From Escherichia coli (GTDB taxonomy: Bacteria > Pseudomonadota > Gammaproteobacteria > Enterobacterales > Enterobacteriaceae): a DNA stretch of 64,000 nt. The stretch is from the NCBI RefSeq assembly GCF_051903065.1, contig NZ_CP178438.1; one strand, 5' to 3'. Below, piece after piece: positions 1-11,903 of this stretch (position 1 is the stretch's first letter; each line of letters begins with the position of its first letter). A model generated the notes under the pieces. That model was not told where the DNA came from. It saw only the letters and a list, made by a program, of their open reading frames with translations, and ran no database searches. The position numbers and the translations under genes were made by a program.

Positions 1-13
1 TTGAGGTGCTCCA

Positions 14-289
14 GTGGCTTCTGTTTCTATCAGCTGTCCCTCCTGTTCAGCTACTGACGGGGTGGTGCGTAACGGCAAAAGCACCGCCGGACATCAGCGC
101 TATCTCTGCTCTCACTGCCGTAAAACATGGCAACTGCAGTTCACTTACACCGCTTCTCAACCCGGTACGCACCAGAAAATCATTGATATGGCCATGAATG
201 GCGTTGGATGCCGGGCAACAGCCCGCATTATGGGCGTTGGCCTCAACACGATTTTACGTCACTTAAAAAACTCAGGCCGCAGTCGGTAA
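14..289 (+). CDS. insA: IS1 InsA (transposition inhibitor / N-terminal part of InsAB')
   Basis: 91-aa [26 protein letters not shown]... with zinc-finger CxxC...CxxC; recognised as IS1 InsA. Confidence 0.9.
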
Positions 290-711
290 CCTCGCGCATA
301 CAGCCGGGCAGTGACGTCATCGTCTGCGCGGAAATGGACGAACAGTGGGGCTATGTCGGGGCTAAATCGCGCCAGCGCTGGCTGTTTTACGCGTATGACA
401 GGCTCCGGAAGACGGTTGTTGCGCACGTATTCGGTGAACGCACTATGGCGACGCTGGGGCGTCTTATGAGCCTGCTGTCACCCTTTGACGTGGTGATATG
501 GATGACGGATGGCTGTCCGCTGTATGAATCCCGCCTGAAGGGAAAGCTGCACGTAATCAGCAAGCGATATACGCAGCGAATTGAGCGGCATAACCTGAAT
601 CTGAGGCAGCACCTGGCACGGCTGGGACGGAAGTCGCTGTCGTTCTCAAAATCGGTGGAGCTGCATGACAAAGTCATCGGGCATTATCTGAACATAAAAC
701 ACTATCAATAA
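208..711 (+). CDS. insB: IS1 InsB reading frame (expressed as InsAB' by -1 frameshift)
   Basis: 167-aa ORF in -1 frame relative to insA, overlapping it across the A6C slippery site; recognised as IS1 InsB. Confidence 0.85.
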
Positions 712-1393
712 GTTGGAGTCATTACCAACCGCTTAGTGCCAGCAAAACACCCAGCGTCAATCTACTGAATTTCGTTGTCAGTCCAGAGGATTTTCGCAAA
801 TTAACCGTTGATGTTTTACCTACCCTGCGAGTTAATTCCGAGCAGGCCTGAAATACCTCTAGAGTGCAATTCCATATCACGCGATAGATTCTATTCATAT
901 AAACGCTCCATATACAAACAATACAGCCACGAAAGAGATGAGTCGTCAGACATTAAAAATGAAATTTATTAAATTGTCAGAGGTCTGTATTGAGTGTTAG
1001 TTGGAGGTGGGAAAGTGTCAATTTGGCTAATTTGCTAATACTTTCGAATTGATAGATTAAAAATTGCATAGTTCTTATTTCATTTAAAAATGAACTATGA
1101 GTTATTGTTGCTTAATAAGAAAACTGTTTCTTTCAGTAGGAAAATTATCATCATCATATTTAACAAAGAATAGCACTAATTGCTAAAAATCGAAGTTTAT
1201 TAAACCCCTTTTGCATCCATTAATGTCTTTAAGAATATTCGTTATAAAATAAGGGTTATGCTTAATTCTTTAAGAAAAATAGCAATTTTCCCTTGAATAT
1301 AGTACTGGTGATGAAACGATGAATCTGCAAGCTGGCATTTAACAAGCCAGCTCTAAAAGAAGGGAAATAAGAATAACTATACTCAAAAACTAA

Positions 1394-1419
1394 CAGCCAC
1401 GGTCATCATGATGTGGCTG
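1394..1419 (-). terminator. Candidate rho-independent terminator downstream of lsrK
   Basis: Inverted repeat CAGCCAC...GTGGCTG just past the lsrK stop, followed on the minus strand by a T-rich tract. Confidence 0.4.
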
Positions 1420-1428
1420 TCAATGAAA

Positions 1429-3021
1429 CTATAACCCAGGCGCTTTCCATAACGACGTCGTCAGTCCATGATCAACCAGCCCCAGCTGATCCTGATAAAC
1501 TGCCTGCCACTTATCGCGTGAATCCTGATAAAGTTCATGCTTTTCCGGGTCTGGTGTGTGCGTCCGTTCCCAGCGAACCAGGCGTTCTCCGGTTTCTGCC
1601 ATTGATGAAAAAATTCCGGCACCGACGCCAGCTGCAATGGCACATCCTAATGCAGTGGCTTCTTTGACCACCGGAATATTGACGGGTAATCCCGAGACAT
1701 CAGCGAGAATTTGACTCCATAATTTCCCTTTTGAACCTCCGCCTGCAAAGACTAACGATGAAGGATGAATATTCGAAAAATCAGCAATTTGCTGCAAGTT
1801 ACACGCTGATACAATCGCCGCATTTTCTTCCAGCGCACGGAACAATGTCGCTTTGTTACATTTATCCGGGTCAATGGACAAATTAATAAAGGAAGGCGCA
1901 GCGTGATACCAGGTTTTAAAGCGCATTCTGTCGGAGAAGATCGGCATTACGCCCCACGACCCAGGCGGCACCCGACTGGCCATCTCTTCCAGCAGCGTAT
2001 AGGTGTCGATGCCTAAATGTTCGGCAATCAGTTTTTCTTCGGCACAGAAAGCATCGCGGAACCAGCGCATGGTGAGTCCGGTAAAAAAGCTTATAGATTC
2101 AGCTTGTACCATGCCAGGAATAACATGAGGATTAACGCGCACGTTCATTTCTGGGTCTGTCACCGGCGCGGCTAAATTTACAACTTGCTGCCAGAATGTG
2201 CCGCCAAGAACCGCGGTTTGTGCCGGACGCACAACGCCTAACCCCAGGCAACCAAGCTGCACGTCGCCTCCTCCAACGACCACCGGAGTGCCCACCTTCA
2301 GACCGCAGAGTTCCGCCGCTTGTGAACTTACCACGCCCAGCAATGTGCCGGTTTCTTTGACAGGAGAAAGAATATCGGCACGCAGGCCAGCCATATCCAG
2401 CAATGCAGGTTTCCAGTCACGGATGGTTAGATCAAGAAGTCCCGTGGTGCCAGCGTTAGAGGGATCCACCGCAAGTTCGCCGCTGAGCATATAGGCCAGC
2501 CAGTCGCTGATCATGGTGATGGTTGATGCCTGACGGTAAATATCGGAACGATGGTGCGCCAGCCAAAGTAATCTGGGGATGGCACTTAAAGCCAGTGTTT
2601 GTCCGGTCGCGCGATAAACTTCGTTTTCAAAGGTATTGTTGTGCAGTTCTTTAAGTTCGCTAACTTCGCGCGCCGCTCTGGCATCCACATTGGCGCAGGC
2701 CCAGATCGGTGTTCCTTCATTGTTATATAAAACAATGCCTTCACGCATCGAACATGCCGAAACGGCAGCTATATACTCCGGGGCTATGCCGGCGTTGTGC
2801 AACGCCTGGCGCATACACTCACACGCCAGTTGCCAGTTTTTGTTGAGATCAAATTCCATAGAACCAGGAACGTCCGGTACTGCCAGATGCCGCCACTCCG
2901 CCTGTCCCACTGCTATTTGATTGCCTTCCAGGTCGAATATCACAGCCCGAATACTTCCGGTGCCTGCATCCAGCGCCATCAGGTAGTACTTTGATTCTGA
3001 AGGGGTAAAGAGTCGAGCCAT
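1429..3021 (-). CDS. lsrK: Autoinducer-2 kinase
   Basis: 530-aa ORF, FGGY sugar-kinase-like; position and divergent orientation relative to lsrA match the lsr locus. Confidence 0.9.
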   Translation of the reverse strand: MARLFTPSESKYYLMALDAGTGSIRAVIFDLEGNQIAVGQAEWRHLAVPDVPGSMEFDLNKNWQLACECMRQALHNAGIAPEYIAAVSACSMREGIVLYNNEGTPIWACANVDARAAREVSELKELHNNTFENEVYRATGQTLALSAIPRLLWLAHHRSDIYRQASTITMISDWLAYMLSGELAVDPSNAGTTGLLDLTIRDWKPALLDMAGLRADILSPVKETGTLLGVVSSQAAELCGLKVGTPVVVGGGDVQLGCLGLGVVRPAQTAVLGGTFWQQVVNLAAPVTDPEMNVRVNPHVIPGMVQAESISFFTGLTMRWFRDAFCAEEKLIAEHLGIDTYTLLEEMASRVPPGSWGVMPIFSDRMRFKTWYHAAPSFINLSIDPDKCNKATLFRALEENAAIVSACNLQQIADFSNIHPSSLVFAGGGSKGKLWSQILADVSGLPVNIPVVKEATALGCAIAAGVGAGIFSSMAETGERLVRWERTHTPDPEKHELYQDSRDKWQAVYQDQLGLVDHGLTTSLWKAPGL

Positions 3022-3099
3022 TAGATTATCCTCGGCTTATGCGTTCTGTCTGTTCCTCTATACGTTCTCCATCATTCCCGGTAATAAGGTCATGCAAAT

Positions 3100-4053
3100 T
3101 TAACTACGTAAAATCGCCGCTGCTGTGTCCTGATCGGTAACCAGTGCGTTGATATAACCGCCTTTCATTGCAGCGGCAATTGCTTCGGCTTTATTTTCTC
3201 CCCCTGCCACGCCAACCCGGACGGGTATGGTCTTCAGCGCGCTTAAAGGTAAGCCAATCAGTTCGTTATGTATTTTGATATCCGTGACAACGTCACCTTT
3301 TGCATCAAAAAAGTAGCCTAAAATGTCGCCAACCGCCCCTTTTCGGCCAATCATTAACTGTTCGCCCTGGCTGATATAACCGGAGCGAATGATCGTCGCG
3401 TCGTCTTGTTGACTCACGGCCCCAATGCCGACAATCGCCACATCCGCTGCTTGCGCGGCTAACAGAACATCTTTGACGCAATTTTCATTTTTTAGCGTAC
3501 GGGCAATGTCAGCGGAGGATGCCCGCAACGGAGCCGGAATAATATTCACACTGCACGCCGCGTTAAGCTGTCCGATACCCGTCATATAAGAACCGACGCC
3601 ACCGGAGAGCGTGACCAGGCGAATTTGCTGTGACGAAATAAAACCACTTAAGCGTTGCAGCGTATTCATGGTTGCCTCGCCAAAACCAATCGCCAGCATC
3701 TGTTGTGGTTGAAGTAAACTCATCAACATATGCGCCGCGCCTATCCCCAGTCGCCCGCCGACATCAGCATCCGCAAGCCCAGGGATCACCCGGACATGTT
3801 GCAGCGAAAACTGACTACGTAATTGTGTTTCATATTCCAGACAGCCTTCAAAGCGAGAATTAATCTGCACGCGAATGATGCCGGACTGATGCCCTTTCTC
3901 CAGTAATCGCGACACTTTCAAACGGGTCAGGCCGAGACGATCGCTGATCTCACTCTGGGTCAGCCCGTCGTGGTAGTAAAACCACGCGATCCGCGCGACC
4001 TGTTCTTCTTCACACATTCCCTGTTCTGAAATTGCCGAATCGTTGATTGTCAT
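3100..4053 (-). CDS. lsrR: lsr operon transcriptional repressor (SorC/DeoR-like)
   Basis: 317-aa ORF with N-terminal HTH and sugar-phosphate-binding C-terminal domain; sits between lsrK and divergent lsrA. Confidence 0.9.
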   Translation of the reverse strand: MTINDSAISEQGMCEEEQVARIAWFYYHDGLTQSEISDRLGLTRLKVSRLLEKGHQSGIIRVQINSRFEGCLEYETQLRSQFSLQHVRVIPGLADADVGGRLGIGAAHMLMSLLQPQQMLAIGFGEATMNTLQRLSGFISSQQIRLVTLSGGVGSYMTGIGQLNAACSVNIIPAPLRASSADIARTLKNENCVKDVLLAAQAADVAIVGIGAVSQQDDATIIRSGYISQGEQLMIGRKGAVGDILGYFFDAKGDVVTDIKIHNELIGLPLSALKTIPVRVGVAGGENKAEAIAAAMKGGYINALVTDQDTAAAILRS

Positions 4054-4122
4054 AATTCATTCTTCACTTTGAACATATTTAAATCTTTAATGCAATTGTT
4101 CAGTTCTTGCGCATTTATATCT

Positions 4123-4138
4123 GTGATGGCAACCACAG
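4123..4138. promoter_or_regulatory. Candidate CRP-binding site in the lsrR-lsrA divergent promoter region
   Basis: TGTGATGGCAACCACA resembles the CRP consensus TGTGA-N6-TCACA; the lsr intergenic region is known to be CRP and LsrR regulated. Exact site assignment is my inference. Confidence 0.4.
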
Positions 4139-4301
4139 TTTGACTCTACGAGTATGAACAAACGCAACCGTGAAAATCAAAATAGCATAAATTGTGATCT
4201 ATTCGTCGGAAATATGTGCAATGTCCACCTAAGGTTATGAACAAATTAAAAGCAGAAATACATTTGTTCAAAACTCACCTGCAAAACTGAACGGGGGAAA
4301 T

Positions 4302-5837
4302 ATGCAAACGAGTGATACCCGCGCGTTACCGCTACTTTGCGCCCGCTCGGTTTATAAACAGTATTCAGGGGTTAATGTCCTGAAAGGCATCGATTTTACG
4401 TTGCACCAGGGGGAGGTCCACGCCCTGCTCGGCGGCAATGGTGCCGGTAAATCGACGTTAATGAAGATTATTGCCGGTATTACCCCTGCTGATAGCGGTA
4501 CGCTGGAGATTGGGGGCAACAACTACGTCAGATTAACGCCAGTTCATGCTCATCAGCTGGGTATTTATCTCGTTCCCCAGGAACCGCTGCTTTTCCCAAG
4601 CCTGTCGATAAAAGAAAACATCCTGTTTGGGCTGGCAAAAAAACAGCTCTCCATGCAGAAAATGAAGAACTTGCTGGCGGCGCTGGGCTGCCAGTTTGAT
4701 CTGCATAGTCTGGCAGGATCGCTGGATGTCGCCGATCGCCAAATGGTGGAAATCCTCCGCGGGCTGATGCGCGACTCGCGGATTCTGATCCTCGATGAAC
4801 CTACCGCCTCGCTTACCCCTGCGGAAACCGAACGCTTGTTTAGTCGCTTGCAAGAGCTGCTTGCTACTGGCGTGGGTATTGTTTTTATCTCGCATAAGCT
4901 GCCGGAAATTCGCCAGATTGCCGATCGAATTAGCGTGATGCGCGACGGAACCATCGCCTTAAGCGGCAAAACCAGCGAACTGTCTACCGACGACATTATT
5001 CAGGCCATCACGCCAGTGGTACGGGAAAAACCGCTCTCTGCCAGCCAAAAATTATGGCTGGAGTTACCTGGTAACCGCCCACAACATGCCGCCGGAACGT
5101 CGGTGCTGACACTGGAAAATCTGACTGGCGAAGGTTTCAGGAATGTCAGCCTGACGCTCAATGCCGGAGAAATTCTGGGCCTGGCTGGGCTGGTGGGAGC
5201 CGGACGCACAGAACTGGCCGAGACGCTCTATGGTCTGCGTACTTTGCGTGGCGGACGCATTATGCTGAATGGTAAAGAGATCAATAAATTATCCACTGGA
5301 GAACGTTTACTGCGCGGTCTGGTTTATCTGCCGGAAGATCGCCAGTCATCCGGACTGAATCTCGATGCTTCGCTGGCCTGGAACATCTGCGCCCTTACTC
5401 ATAACCTTCTTGGATTCTGGGCGAAAACCGCGAAAGATAATGCCACCCTGGAACGTTATCGTCGGGCGCTGAATATTAAATTTAACCAACCGGAACAAGC
5501 TGCACGGACATTATCCGGTGGCAACCAGCAAAAAATCCTCATTGCCAAATGCCTGGAAGCTTCGCCGCAAGCATTGATTGTCGATGAGCCGACGCGCGGC
5601 GTGGATGTCTCGGCCCGTAATGATATCTACCAGCTGTTGCGCAGCATCGCCGCACAGAATGTGGCAGTGCTGCTTATCTCCTCTGATCTGGAAGAGATCG
5701 AACTGATGGCAGATCGTGTGTATGTGATGCATCAGGGCGAAATTACCCACTCTGCACTGACCGGGCGCGATATTAATGTCGAGACTATTATGCGCGTTGC
5801 CTTCGGCGATAGTCAGCGTCAGGAGGCGTCATGCTGA
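4302..5837 (+). CDS. lsrA: AI-2 ABC transporter ATP-binding protein (duplicated ABC domains)
   Basis: 511-aa ORF with two Walker A motifs ([19 protein letters not shown]) and two LSGG signatures. Confidence 0.9.
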   Translation: MQTSDTRALPLLCARSVYKQYSGVNVLKGIDFTLHQGEVHALLGGNGAGKSTLMKIIAGITPADSGTLEIGGNNYVRLTPVHAHQLGIYLVPQEPLLFPSLSIKENILFGLAKKQLSMQKMKNLLAALGCQFDLHSLAGSLDVADRQMVEILRGLMRDSRILILDEPTASLTPAETERLFSRLQELLATGVGIVFISHKLPEIRQIADRISVMRDGTIALSGKTSELSTDDIIQAITPVVREKPLSASQKLWLELPGNRPQHAAGTSVLTLENLTGEGFRNVSLTLNAGEILGLAGLVGAGRTELAETLYGLRTLRGGRIMLNGKEINKLSTGERLLRGLVYLPEDRQSSGLNLDASLAWNICALTHNLLGFWAKTAKDNATLERYRRALNIKFNQPEQAARTLSGGNQQKILIAKCLEASPQALIVDEPTRGVDVSARNDIYQLLRSIAAQNVAVLLISSDLEEIELMADRVYVMHQGEITHSALTGRDINVETIMRVAFGDSQRQEASC

Positions 5838-6859
5838 AGTTTATTCAGAACAACCGTGAAATCACGGCACTGCTGGCGGTGGTGCTGCTGTTTGCATTAC
5901 CCGGTTTTCTCGACCGCCAGTATTTAAGTGTGCAAACGCTGACCATGGTTTATAGCAGCGCGCAAATCCTGATCCTGCTGGCAATGGGCGCGACGCTGGT
6001 AATGCTTACGCGCAATATTGATGTTTCAGTGGGTTCGATTACCGGAATGTGCGCGGTGCTGTTGGGGATGTTACTGAACGCGGGGTATTCACTACCTGTT
6101 GCCTGTGTCGCGACTTTACTGCTTGGTTTGCTCGCGGGATTTTTCAACGGTGTCCTGGTCGCGTGGCTAAAGATCCCTGCCATTGTTGCCACCCTTGGCA
6201 CGTTAGGGTTGTACAGAGGCATCATGTTGCTGTGGACTGGCGGTAAATGGATTGAGGGGTTACCCGCCGAACTGAAACAGCTCTCCGCACCGCTGCTGCT
6301 TGGCGTTTCAGCAATTGGTTGGTTAACGATAATTCTGGTGGCATTTATGGCCTGGCTGCTGGCGAAGACAGCGTTTGGACGCAGTTTTTATGCCACGGGC
6401 GATAATTTACAGGGCGCTCGTCAACTGGGCGTTCGTACGGAAGCCATTCGCATTGTGGCATTTTCGTTGAACGGCTGCATGGCGGCACTGGCGGGAATTG
6501 TGTTTGCTTCGCAGATTGGTTTTATCCCCAACCAGACCGGTACCGGGCTGGAAATGAAAGCAATTGCAGCCTGCGTGCTGGGCGGTATTAGTTTGCTCGG
6601 CGGTTCCGGTGCGATCATCGGTGCGGTACTCGGCGCATGGTTCCTGACGCAGATCGATAGCGTACTGGTGCTGTTGCGCATTCCGGCATGGTGGAATGAT
6701 TTTATCGCGGGTCTGGTTCTGCTGGCGGTGCTGGTGTTTGATGGACGCCTGCGTTGTGCGCTGGAACGTAATCTGCGGCGGCAAAAATATGCCCGCTTTA
6801 TGACGCCACCGCCATCCGTTAAAACTGCTTCGTCAGGTAAAAAACGGGAGGCCGCATAA
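5831..6859 (+). CDS. lsrC: AI-2 ABC transporter permease
   Basis: 342-aa polytopic membrane ORF overlapping the lsrA stop; operon context. Confidence 0.9.
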   Translation: MLKFIQNNREITALLAVVLLFALPGFLDRQYLSVQTLTMVYSSAQILILLAMGATLVMLTRNIDVSVGSITGMCAVLLGMLLNAGYSLPVACVATLLLGLLAGFFNGVLVAWLKIPAIVATLGTLGLYRGIMLLWTGGKWIEGLPAELKQLSAPLLLGVSAIGWLTIILVAFMAWLLAKTAFGRSFYATGDNLQGARQLGVRTEAIRIVAFSLNGCMAALAGIVFASQIGFIPNQTGTGLEMKAIAACVLGGISLLGGSGAIIGAVLGAWFLTQIDSVLVLLRIPAWWNDFIAGLVLLAVLVFDGRLRCALERNLRRQKYARFMTPPPSVKTASSGKKREAA

Positions 6860-7851
6860 TGCGTATTCGCTACGGTTGGGAACTGGCTCTTGCCGCACTG
6901 CTCGTTATTGAGATTGTCGCATTTGGTGCAATTAACCCGCGGATGTTAGATCTCAATATGTTGCTGTTCAGCACCAGTGACTTTATCTGCATTGGCATTG
7001 TCGCCCTACCGCTGACGATGGTGATTGTCAGTGGCGGGATAGATATTTCGTTTGGTTCGACCATCGGCCTCTGCGCCATTGCATTGGGCGTACTGTTTCA
7101 AAGTGGTGTGCCGATGCCGCTGGCGATTCTCCTGACCTTACTGCTCGGCGCATTGTGCGGGCTGATCAACGCCGGATTAATTATCTATACCAAAGTTAAC
7201 CCGCTGGTGATTACGCTTGGCACGCTGTATCTGTTTGCTGGAAGCGCTCTGCTGCTTTCCGGGATGGCCGGAGCGACGGGGTACGAAGGTATTGGTGGAT
7301 TCCCGATGGCGTTTACAGATTTCGCTAACCTGGATGTGCTGGGACTCCCCGTTCCGCTGATTATCTTCCTGATATGTCTCCTCGTTTTCTGGCTCTGGCT
7401 GCATAAAACCCATGCCGGACGTAATGTGTTTTTGATTGGGCAAAGCCCGCGCGTGGCGCTTTATAGCGCGATTCCAGTTAACCGCACCTTATGTGCGCTC
7501 TATGCCATGACGGGGCTGGCGTCTGCGGTCGCCGCTGTGCTGCTGGTATCGTATTTTGGTTCAGCACGTTCCGATCTCGGTGCGTCGTTTCTGATGCCCG
7601 CCATCACCGCCGTGGTGCTTGGCGGGGCCAATATTTATGGTGGTTCCGGTTCCATTATCGGCACCGCCATTGCGGTTTTATTAGTGGGATATTTGCAACA
7701 AGGTTTGCAAATGGCAGGAGTGCCAAATCAGGTGTCCAGCGCCCTTTCCGGTGCGCTACTTATCGTCGTTGTCGTAGGTCGTTCCGTTAGCCTGCATCGC
7801 CAGCAAATTAAAGAGTGGCTGGCGCGTCGGGCCAATAACCCATTGCCATAA
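6859..7851 (+). CDS. lsrD: AI-2 ABC transporter permease
   Basis: 330-aa polytopic membrane ORF, start overlapping the lsrC stop. Confidence 0.9.
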   Translation: MRIRYGWELALAALLVIEIVAFGAINPRMLDLNMLLFSTSDFICIGIVALPLTMVIVSGGIDISFGSTIGLCAIALGVLFQSGVPMPLAILLTLLLGALCGLINAGLIIYTKVNPLVITLGTLYLFAGSALLLSGMAGATGYEGIGGFPMAFTDFANLDVLGLPVPLIIFLICLLVFWLWLHKTHAGRNVFLIGQSPRVALYSAIPVNRTLCALYAMTGLASAVAAVLLVSYFGSARSDLGASFLMPAITAVVLGGANIYGGSGSIIGTAIAVLLVGYLQQGLQMAGVPNQVSSALSGALLIVVVVGRSVSLHRQQIKEWLARRANNPLP

Positions 7852-7862
7852 AGGATATCTTC

Positions 7863-8885
7863 ATGACACTTCATCGCTTTAAGAAAATCGCCTTACTTAG
7901 CGCTCTTGGCATTGCCGCAATCTCTATGAATGTGCAGGCCGCAGAGCGTATTGCATTTATTCCCAAACTGGTTGGCGTGGGATTTTTTACCAGCGGTGGC
8001 AACGGCGCACAACAAGCGGGTAAAGAGCTGGGCGTTGATGTGACCTACGACGGGCCGACAGAACCCAGTGTTTCTGGTCAGGTACAGTTGATTAATAACT
8101 TCGTCAATCAAGGTTATAACGCCATTATCGTTTCTGCGGTTTCGCCTGATGGCTTGTGTCCGGCACTGAAACGCGCCATGCAACGTGGTGTGAGAGTGCT
8201 GACCTGGGACTCTGATACTAAACCGGAGTGCCGCTCTTACTACATTAATCAGGGAACGCCCGCCCAGTTGGGAGGTATGTTGGTGGATATGGCGGCGCGT
8301 CAGGTGAATAAAGACAAAGCCAAAGTCGCGTTTTTCTACTCAAGCCCCACCGTTACGGACCAAAACCAGTGGGTGAAAGAAGCGAAAGCGAAAATCGCCA
8401 AAGAGCATCCTGGCTGGGAAATTGTCACTACGCAGTTTGGCTATAACGATGCCACTAAATCATTACAAACCGCAGAAGGAATATTAAAAGCGTATAGCGA
8501 TCTCGACGCCATTATCGCCCCTGATGCCAACGCCCTGCCCGCTGCCGCACAAGCCGCAGAAAACCTGAAAAATGACAAAGTTGCGATTGTCGGATTCAGT
8601 ACGCCAAATGTGATGCGCCCGTATGTAGAGCGCGGCACGGTGAAAGAATTTGGCCTGTGGGATGTGGTTCAGCAAGGCAAAATTTCAGTTTATGTCGCGG
8701 ATGCATTATTGAAAAAAGGATCAATGAAAACGGGCGACAAGCTGGATATTCAGGGCGTAGGTCAGGTGGAAGTCTCGCCAAACAGCGTCCAGGGCTATGA
8801 CTACGAAGCGGATGGTAATGGCATCGTACTGTTACCGGAGCGCGTGATATTCAACAAAGAGAATATCGGCAAATACGATTTCTGA
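7863..8885 (+). CDS. lsrB: AI-2 periplasmic binding protein
   Basis: 340-aa ORF with signal peptide ([26 protein letters not shown]) and periplasmic sugar-binding fold. Confidence 0.9.
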   Translation: MTLHRFKKIALLSALGIAAISMNVQAAERIAFIPKLVGVGFFTSGGNGAQQAGKELGVDVTYDGPTEPSVSGQVQLINNFVNQGYNAIIVSAVSPDGLCPALKRAMQRGVRVLTWDSDTKPECRSYYINQGTPAQLGGMLVDMAARQVNKDKAKVAFFYSSPTVTDQNQWVKEAKAKIAKEHPGWEIVTTQFGYNDATKSLQTAEGILKAYSDLDAIIAPDANALPAAAQAAENLKNDKVAIVGFSTPNVMRPYVERGTVKEFGLWDVVQQGKISVYVADALLKKGSMKTGDKLDIQGVGQVEVSPNSVQGYDYEADGNGIVLLPERVIFNKENIGKYDF

Positions 8886-8911
8886 TGTGCATTACTTAAC
8901 CGGAGTAAGTT

Positions 8912-9787
8912 ATGGCAGATTTAGACGATATTAAAGATGGTAAAGATTTTCGTACCGATCAACCGCAAAAAAATATCCCTTTTACCCTGAAAGGTTGCGG
9001 TGCGCTGGATTGGGGAATGCAGTCACGCTTATCGCGGATATTTAATCCGAAAACGGGTAAAACCGTGATGCTGGCTTTTGACCATGGTTATTTTCAGGGA
9101 CCGACTACCGGACTTGAACGCATTGATATAAATATCGCCCCGCTGTTTGAACATGCCGATGTATTAATGTGTACGCGCGGCATTTTGCGCAGCGTAGTTC
9201 CCCCGGCGACCAATAAGCCGGTGGTACTGCGGGCGTCAGGTGCGAACTCTATCCTGGCGGAATTAAGCAATGAAGCCGTGGCGTTATCGATGGATGACGC
9301 CGTGCGCCTGAACAGTTGCGCGGTGGCGGCGCAGGTTTATATCGGCAGCGAATATGAACATCAGTCGATCAAAAATATTATTCAGCTGGTCGATGCCGGA
9401 ATGAAAGTGGGAATGCCGACCATGGCCGTGACTGGCGTGGGCAAAGATATGGTGCGCGATCAGCGTTATTTCTCGCTCGCGACTCGAATCGCCGCTGAAA
9501 TGGGGGCGCAAATTATCAAAACCTATTATGTCGAAAAAGGTTTTGAACGGATTGTTGCCGGATGTCCGGTACCCATTGTTATTGCTGGCGGTAAAAAATT
9601 ACCGGAGCGCGAGGCGCTGGAAATGTGCTGGCAGGCTATCGATCAGGGCGCTTCTGGTGTGGATATGGGGCGTAATATTTTCCAGTCTGACCATCCGGTG
9701 GCGATGATGAAAGCCGTACAGGCGGTGGTACACCATAACGAAACGGCTGATCGGGCATATGAACTCTATCTGAGTGAAAAACAGTAA
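8912..9787 (+). CDS. lsrF: 3-hydroxy-5-phosphonooxypentane-2,4-dione thiolase (aldolase-like)
   Basis: 291-aa ORF; operon position after lsrB. Confidence 0.85.
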   Translation: MADLDDIKDGKDFRTDQPQKNIPFTLKGCGALDWGMQSRLSRIFNPKTGKTVMLAFDHGYFQGPTTGLERIDINIAPLFEHADVLMCTRGILRSVVPPATNKPVVLRASGANSILAELSNEAVALSMDDAVRLNSCAVAAQVYIGSEYEHQSIKNIIQLVDAGMKVGMPTMAVTGVGKDMVRDQRYFSLATRIAAEMGAQIIKTYYVEKGFERIVAGCPVPIVIAGGKKLPEREALEMCWQAIDQGASGVDMGRNIFQSDHPVAMMKAVQAVVHHNETADRAYELYLSEKQ

Positions 9788-9809
9788 CTGCGGATTAAGG
9801 AGAAGAAAC

Positions 9810-10100
9810 ATGCACGTCACACTGGTTGAAATTAACGTTCATGAAGACAAGGTTGACGAGTTTATCGAAGTTTTTCGCCAGAACCACCTGGGCTCGGTAC
9901 AGGAAGAAGGCAATTTGCGCTTCGATGTCTTACAGGACCCGGAAGTGAATTCGCGCTTTTATATCTACGAAGCCTATAAAGATGAAGACGCAGTGGCGTT
10001 CCATAAAACCACGCCCCACTACAAAACCTGTGTCGCGAAACTGGAATCTTTAATGACCGGGCCGCGTAAAAAACGTCTGTTCAATGGGTTGATGCCGTGA
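9810..10100 (+). CDS. lsrG: Phospho-AI-2 isomerase (ABM monooxygenase-like fold)
   Basis: Start placed at [14 protein letters not shown] giving 96 aa; the 108-aa ORF from 9774 probably over-extends the N-terminus. Confidence 0.85.
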   Translation: MHVTLVEINVHEDKVDEFIEVFRQNHLGSVQEEGNLRFDVLQDPEVNSRFYIYEAYKDEDAVAFHKTTPHYKTCVAKLESLMTGPRKKRLFNGLMP

Positions 10101-10585
10101 GGCGAATTTATCCGGTGCGCCGTAAAACCCCGTCCTTCAGGGCGGGGATATAAGGCGCGGTTTTCCACCTGACCAGGTGTTTGCTGTTGTTCAATGTATT
10201 GGCGGATGACGGATATTGGCGCACCTCCGCAGCTACTGGCAAAATAGCCAGGACTCCACAAAACGCCTTTGTAGTAATACCTGACTGCAATATCTGGTCG
10301 ATCTCGTCGCAGTAACCTACCTGATACGCTTTTGAGGCTGTTTACCAGACTGGATATCGCCAGTTTGGGAGGATAGTTAATTAACAAATGGACGTGATCT
10401 GGTTCGCCATCCATTTCAACCAGTTCAGCTTCAAAATCAGCACATACATTTGAAAAGTAAGTGCGTAGTTTTTCTGTCGCGTCATGGTCAAAAATCTGGC
10501 GTCGGTATCTGGTGACAAAGACCATGTGAACATGCTTCAGGAAAACACAATGCCTTCCACGCCGGATATCTGTTTCTTTTTTCAC
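10019..10585 (-). CDS. tnpA: IS200/IS605-family Y1 (HuH) transposase TnpA; ORF is C-terminally extended past the likely element end
   Basis: Resembles IS200 TnpA including the HVHLL motif (HuH); 188 aa versus about 150 typical, with the last ~30 codons running over the lsrG 3' end. Confidence 0.75.
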   Translation of the reverse strand: MKKETDIRRGRHCVFLKHVHMVFVTRYRRQIFDHDATEKLRTYFSNVCADFEAELVEMDGEPDHVHLLINYPPKLAISSLVNSLKSVSGRLLRRDRPDIAVRYYYKGVLWSPGYFASSCGGAPISVIRQYIEQQQTPGQVENRALYPRPEGRGFTAHRINSPHGINPLNRRFLRGPVIKDSSFATQVL

Positions 10586-11880
10586 AGACCAAAATATAAT
10601 TTGACCTGTGAAACGACTACAGGCATTTAAATTCCAGTTAAGACCCGGTGGTCAACAGGAGCGTGAAATGAGGCGCTTCGCAGGCGCATGTCGTTTCGTT
10701 TTCAATCGTGCTCTGGCACGTCAGAATGAGAATCATGAGGCCGGTAATAAATACATCCCTTACGGGAAAATGGCTTCCTGGCTGGTTGAGTGGAAAAATG
10801 CCACTGAAACGCAATGGCTTAAAGATGCCCCGTCACAGCCATTGCAACAGTCACTGAAAGACCTTGAGTGGGCTTACAAAAACTTCTTCCAGAAGCGGGC
10901 TGCTTTTCCCCGATTCAAAAAGCGGGGACAGAATGATGCATTCCGCTACCCGCAGGGCGTTAAGCTCGATCAGGAAAACAGCCGTATTTTTCTGCCGAAA
11001 CTGGGCTGGATGCGCTACCGGAATAGCCGTCAGGTCACGGGTGTTGTGAAAAATGTCACGGTCAGCCAGTCCTGCGGTAAGTGGCACATCAGTATTCAGA
11101 CAGAAAGTGAAGTATCAACTCCGGTTCACCCTTCAGCATCAATGATCGGGCTGGATGCTGGCGTGGCTAAACTCGCCACGCTGTCAGATGGCACAGTCTT
11201 TGACCCTGTAAACAGTTTTCAGAAAAACCAGAAGAAGCTGGCGAGACTTCAGCGACAGTTCAGCCGCAAGGTCAAATTCAGCAACAACTGGCAGAAGCAG
11301 AAACGCAAAATACAGCGACTGCATTCCCGTATCGCAAATATCCGCAGGGACTACCTTCACAAAGTCACAACGACCGTCAGCAAAAACCACGCAATGATAG
11401 TCATTGAGGATTTGAAGGTCAGCAACATGTCAAAGTCAGCAGCGGGTACGGTCAGCCAGCCGGGGCGCAATGTCCGGGCAAAATCAGGTTTAAACCGTTC
11501 GATACTGGATCAGGGCTGGTATGAAATGCGTCGCCAGCTTGAGTACAAGCAGCTCTGGTGTGGCGGTCAGGTGCTTGCTGTTCCGCCAGCGTACACAAGC
11601 CAGCGTTGCGCGTGCTGTGGTCATACAGCGAAAGAAAATCGCGTGTCACAAAGTAAATTCAGATGCCAGGTATGTGGATATACAGCGAACGCCGATGTAA
11701 ACGGCGCTCGTAACATTTTAGCGGCGGGGCACGCCGTTCTTGCCTGTGGAGGGATGGTGCAGTCAGGCCGCCCGTTGAAGCAGGAACCCACCGAAATGAT
11801 TCAGGCGACAGCCTGAACGTAGCAGGATCCTCGTCATTCAGGGCGTGGAGGATGTCAACAGTTTTATCTACAATTGGGGT
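10101..11880. mobile_element. IS200/IS605-family insertion element (divergent tnpA and tnpB); boundaries approximate
   Basis: Y1/HuH TnpA and TnpB ORFs back to back; a similar 17-mer CGTCnTTCAGGGCGnGG occurs in direct orientation at 10131-10147 and 11832-11848, which I interpret as subterminal end structures. Confidence 0.7.
10608..11816 (+). CDS. tnpB: TnpB (IS605 OrfB family, RuvC-like RNA-guided nuclease)
   Basis: 402-aa ORF with RuvC-like motifs ([26 protein letters not shown]) and a CxxC...CxxC zinc finger near the C-terminus; no internal stops. Confidence 0.85.
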   Translation: MKRLQAFKFQLRPGGQQEREMRRFAGACRFVFNRALARQNENHEAGNKYIPYGKMASWLVEWKNATETQWLKDAPSQPLQQSLKDLEWAYKNFFQKRAAFPRFKKRGQNDAFRYPQGVKLDQENSRIFLPKLGWMRYRNSRQVTGVVKNVTVSQSCGKWHISIQTESEVSTPVHPSASMIGLDAGVAKLATLSDGTVFDPVNSFQKNQKKLARLQRQFSRKVKFSNNWQKQKRKIQRLHSRIANIRRDYLHKVTTTVSKNHAMIVIEDLKVSNMSKSAAGTVSQPGRNVRAKSGLNRSILDQGWYEMRRQLEYKQLWCGGQVLAVPPAYTSQRCACCGHTAKENRVSQSKFRCQVCGYTANADVNGARNILAAGHAVLACGGMVQSGRPLKQEPTEMIQATA

Positions 11881-11903
11881 AACGCGCTGACGGGAGTAAA
11901 AAA

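Larger units (their letters stand above)
1..726 (+). mobile_element. IS1 insertion sequence, left ~45 bp cut off by the window edge
   Basis: InsA and InsB reading frames recognised; A6C frameshift motif TTAAAAAAC at 263-271; right terminal sequence ...ATCAATAAGTTGGAGTCATTACC ends at 726, matching the IS1 end as I recall it. Confidence 0.9.

Noticed and set aside
1413-3021. Several ORFs of 60-100 aa on the strand opposite lsrK (e.g. 1413-1667, 2198-2494, 2636-2920, 2797-2994)
   Set aside because: They lie entirely within a well-supported 530-aa gene on the other strand, with no independent support; typical shadow ORFs in GC-rich coding DNA.
4533-5209. Minus-strand ORFs of 69-143 aa inside lsrA
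   Set aside because: Antisense to a conserved ABC ATPase gene; Arg/Ser-rich low-complexity translations typical of spurious reverse frames.
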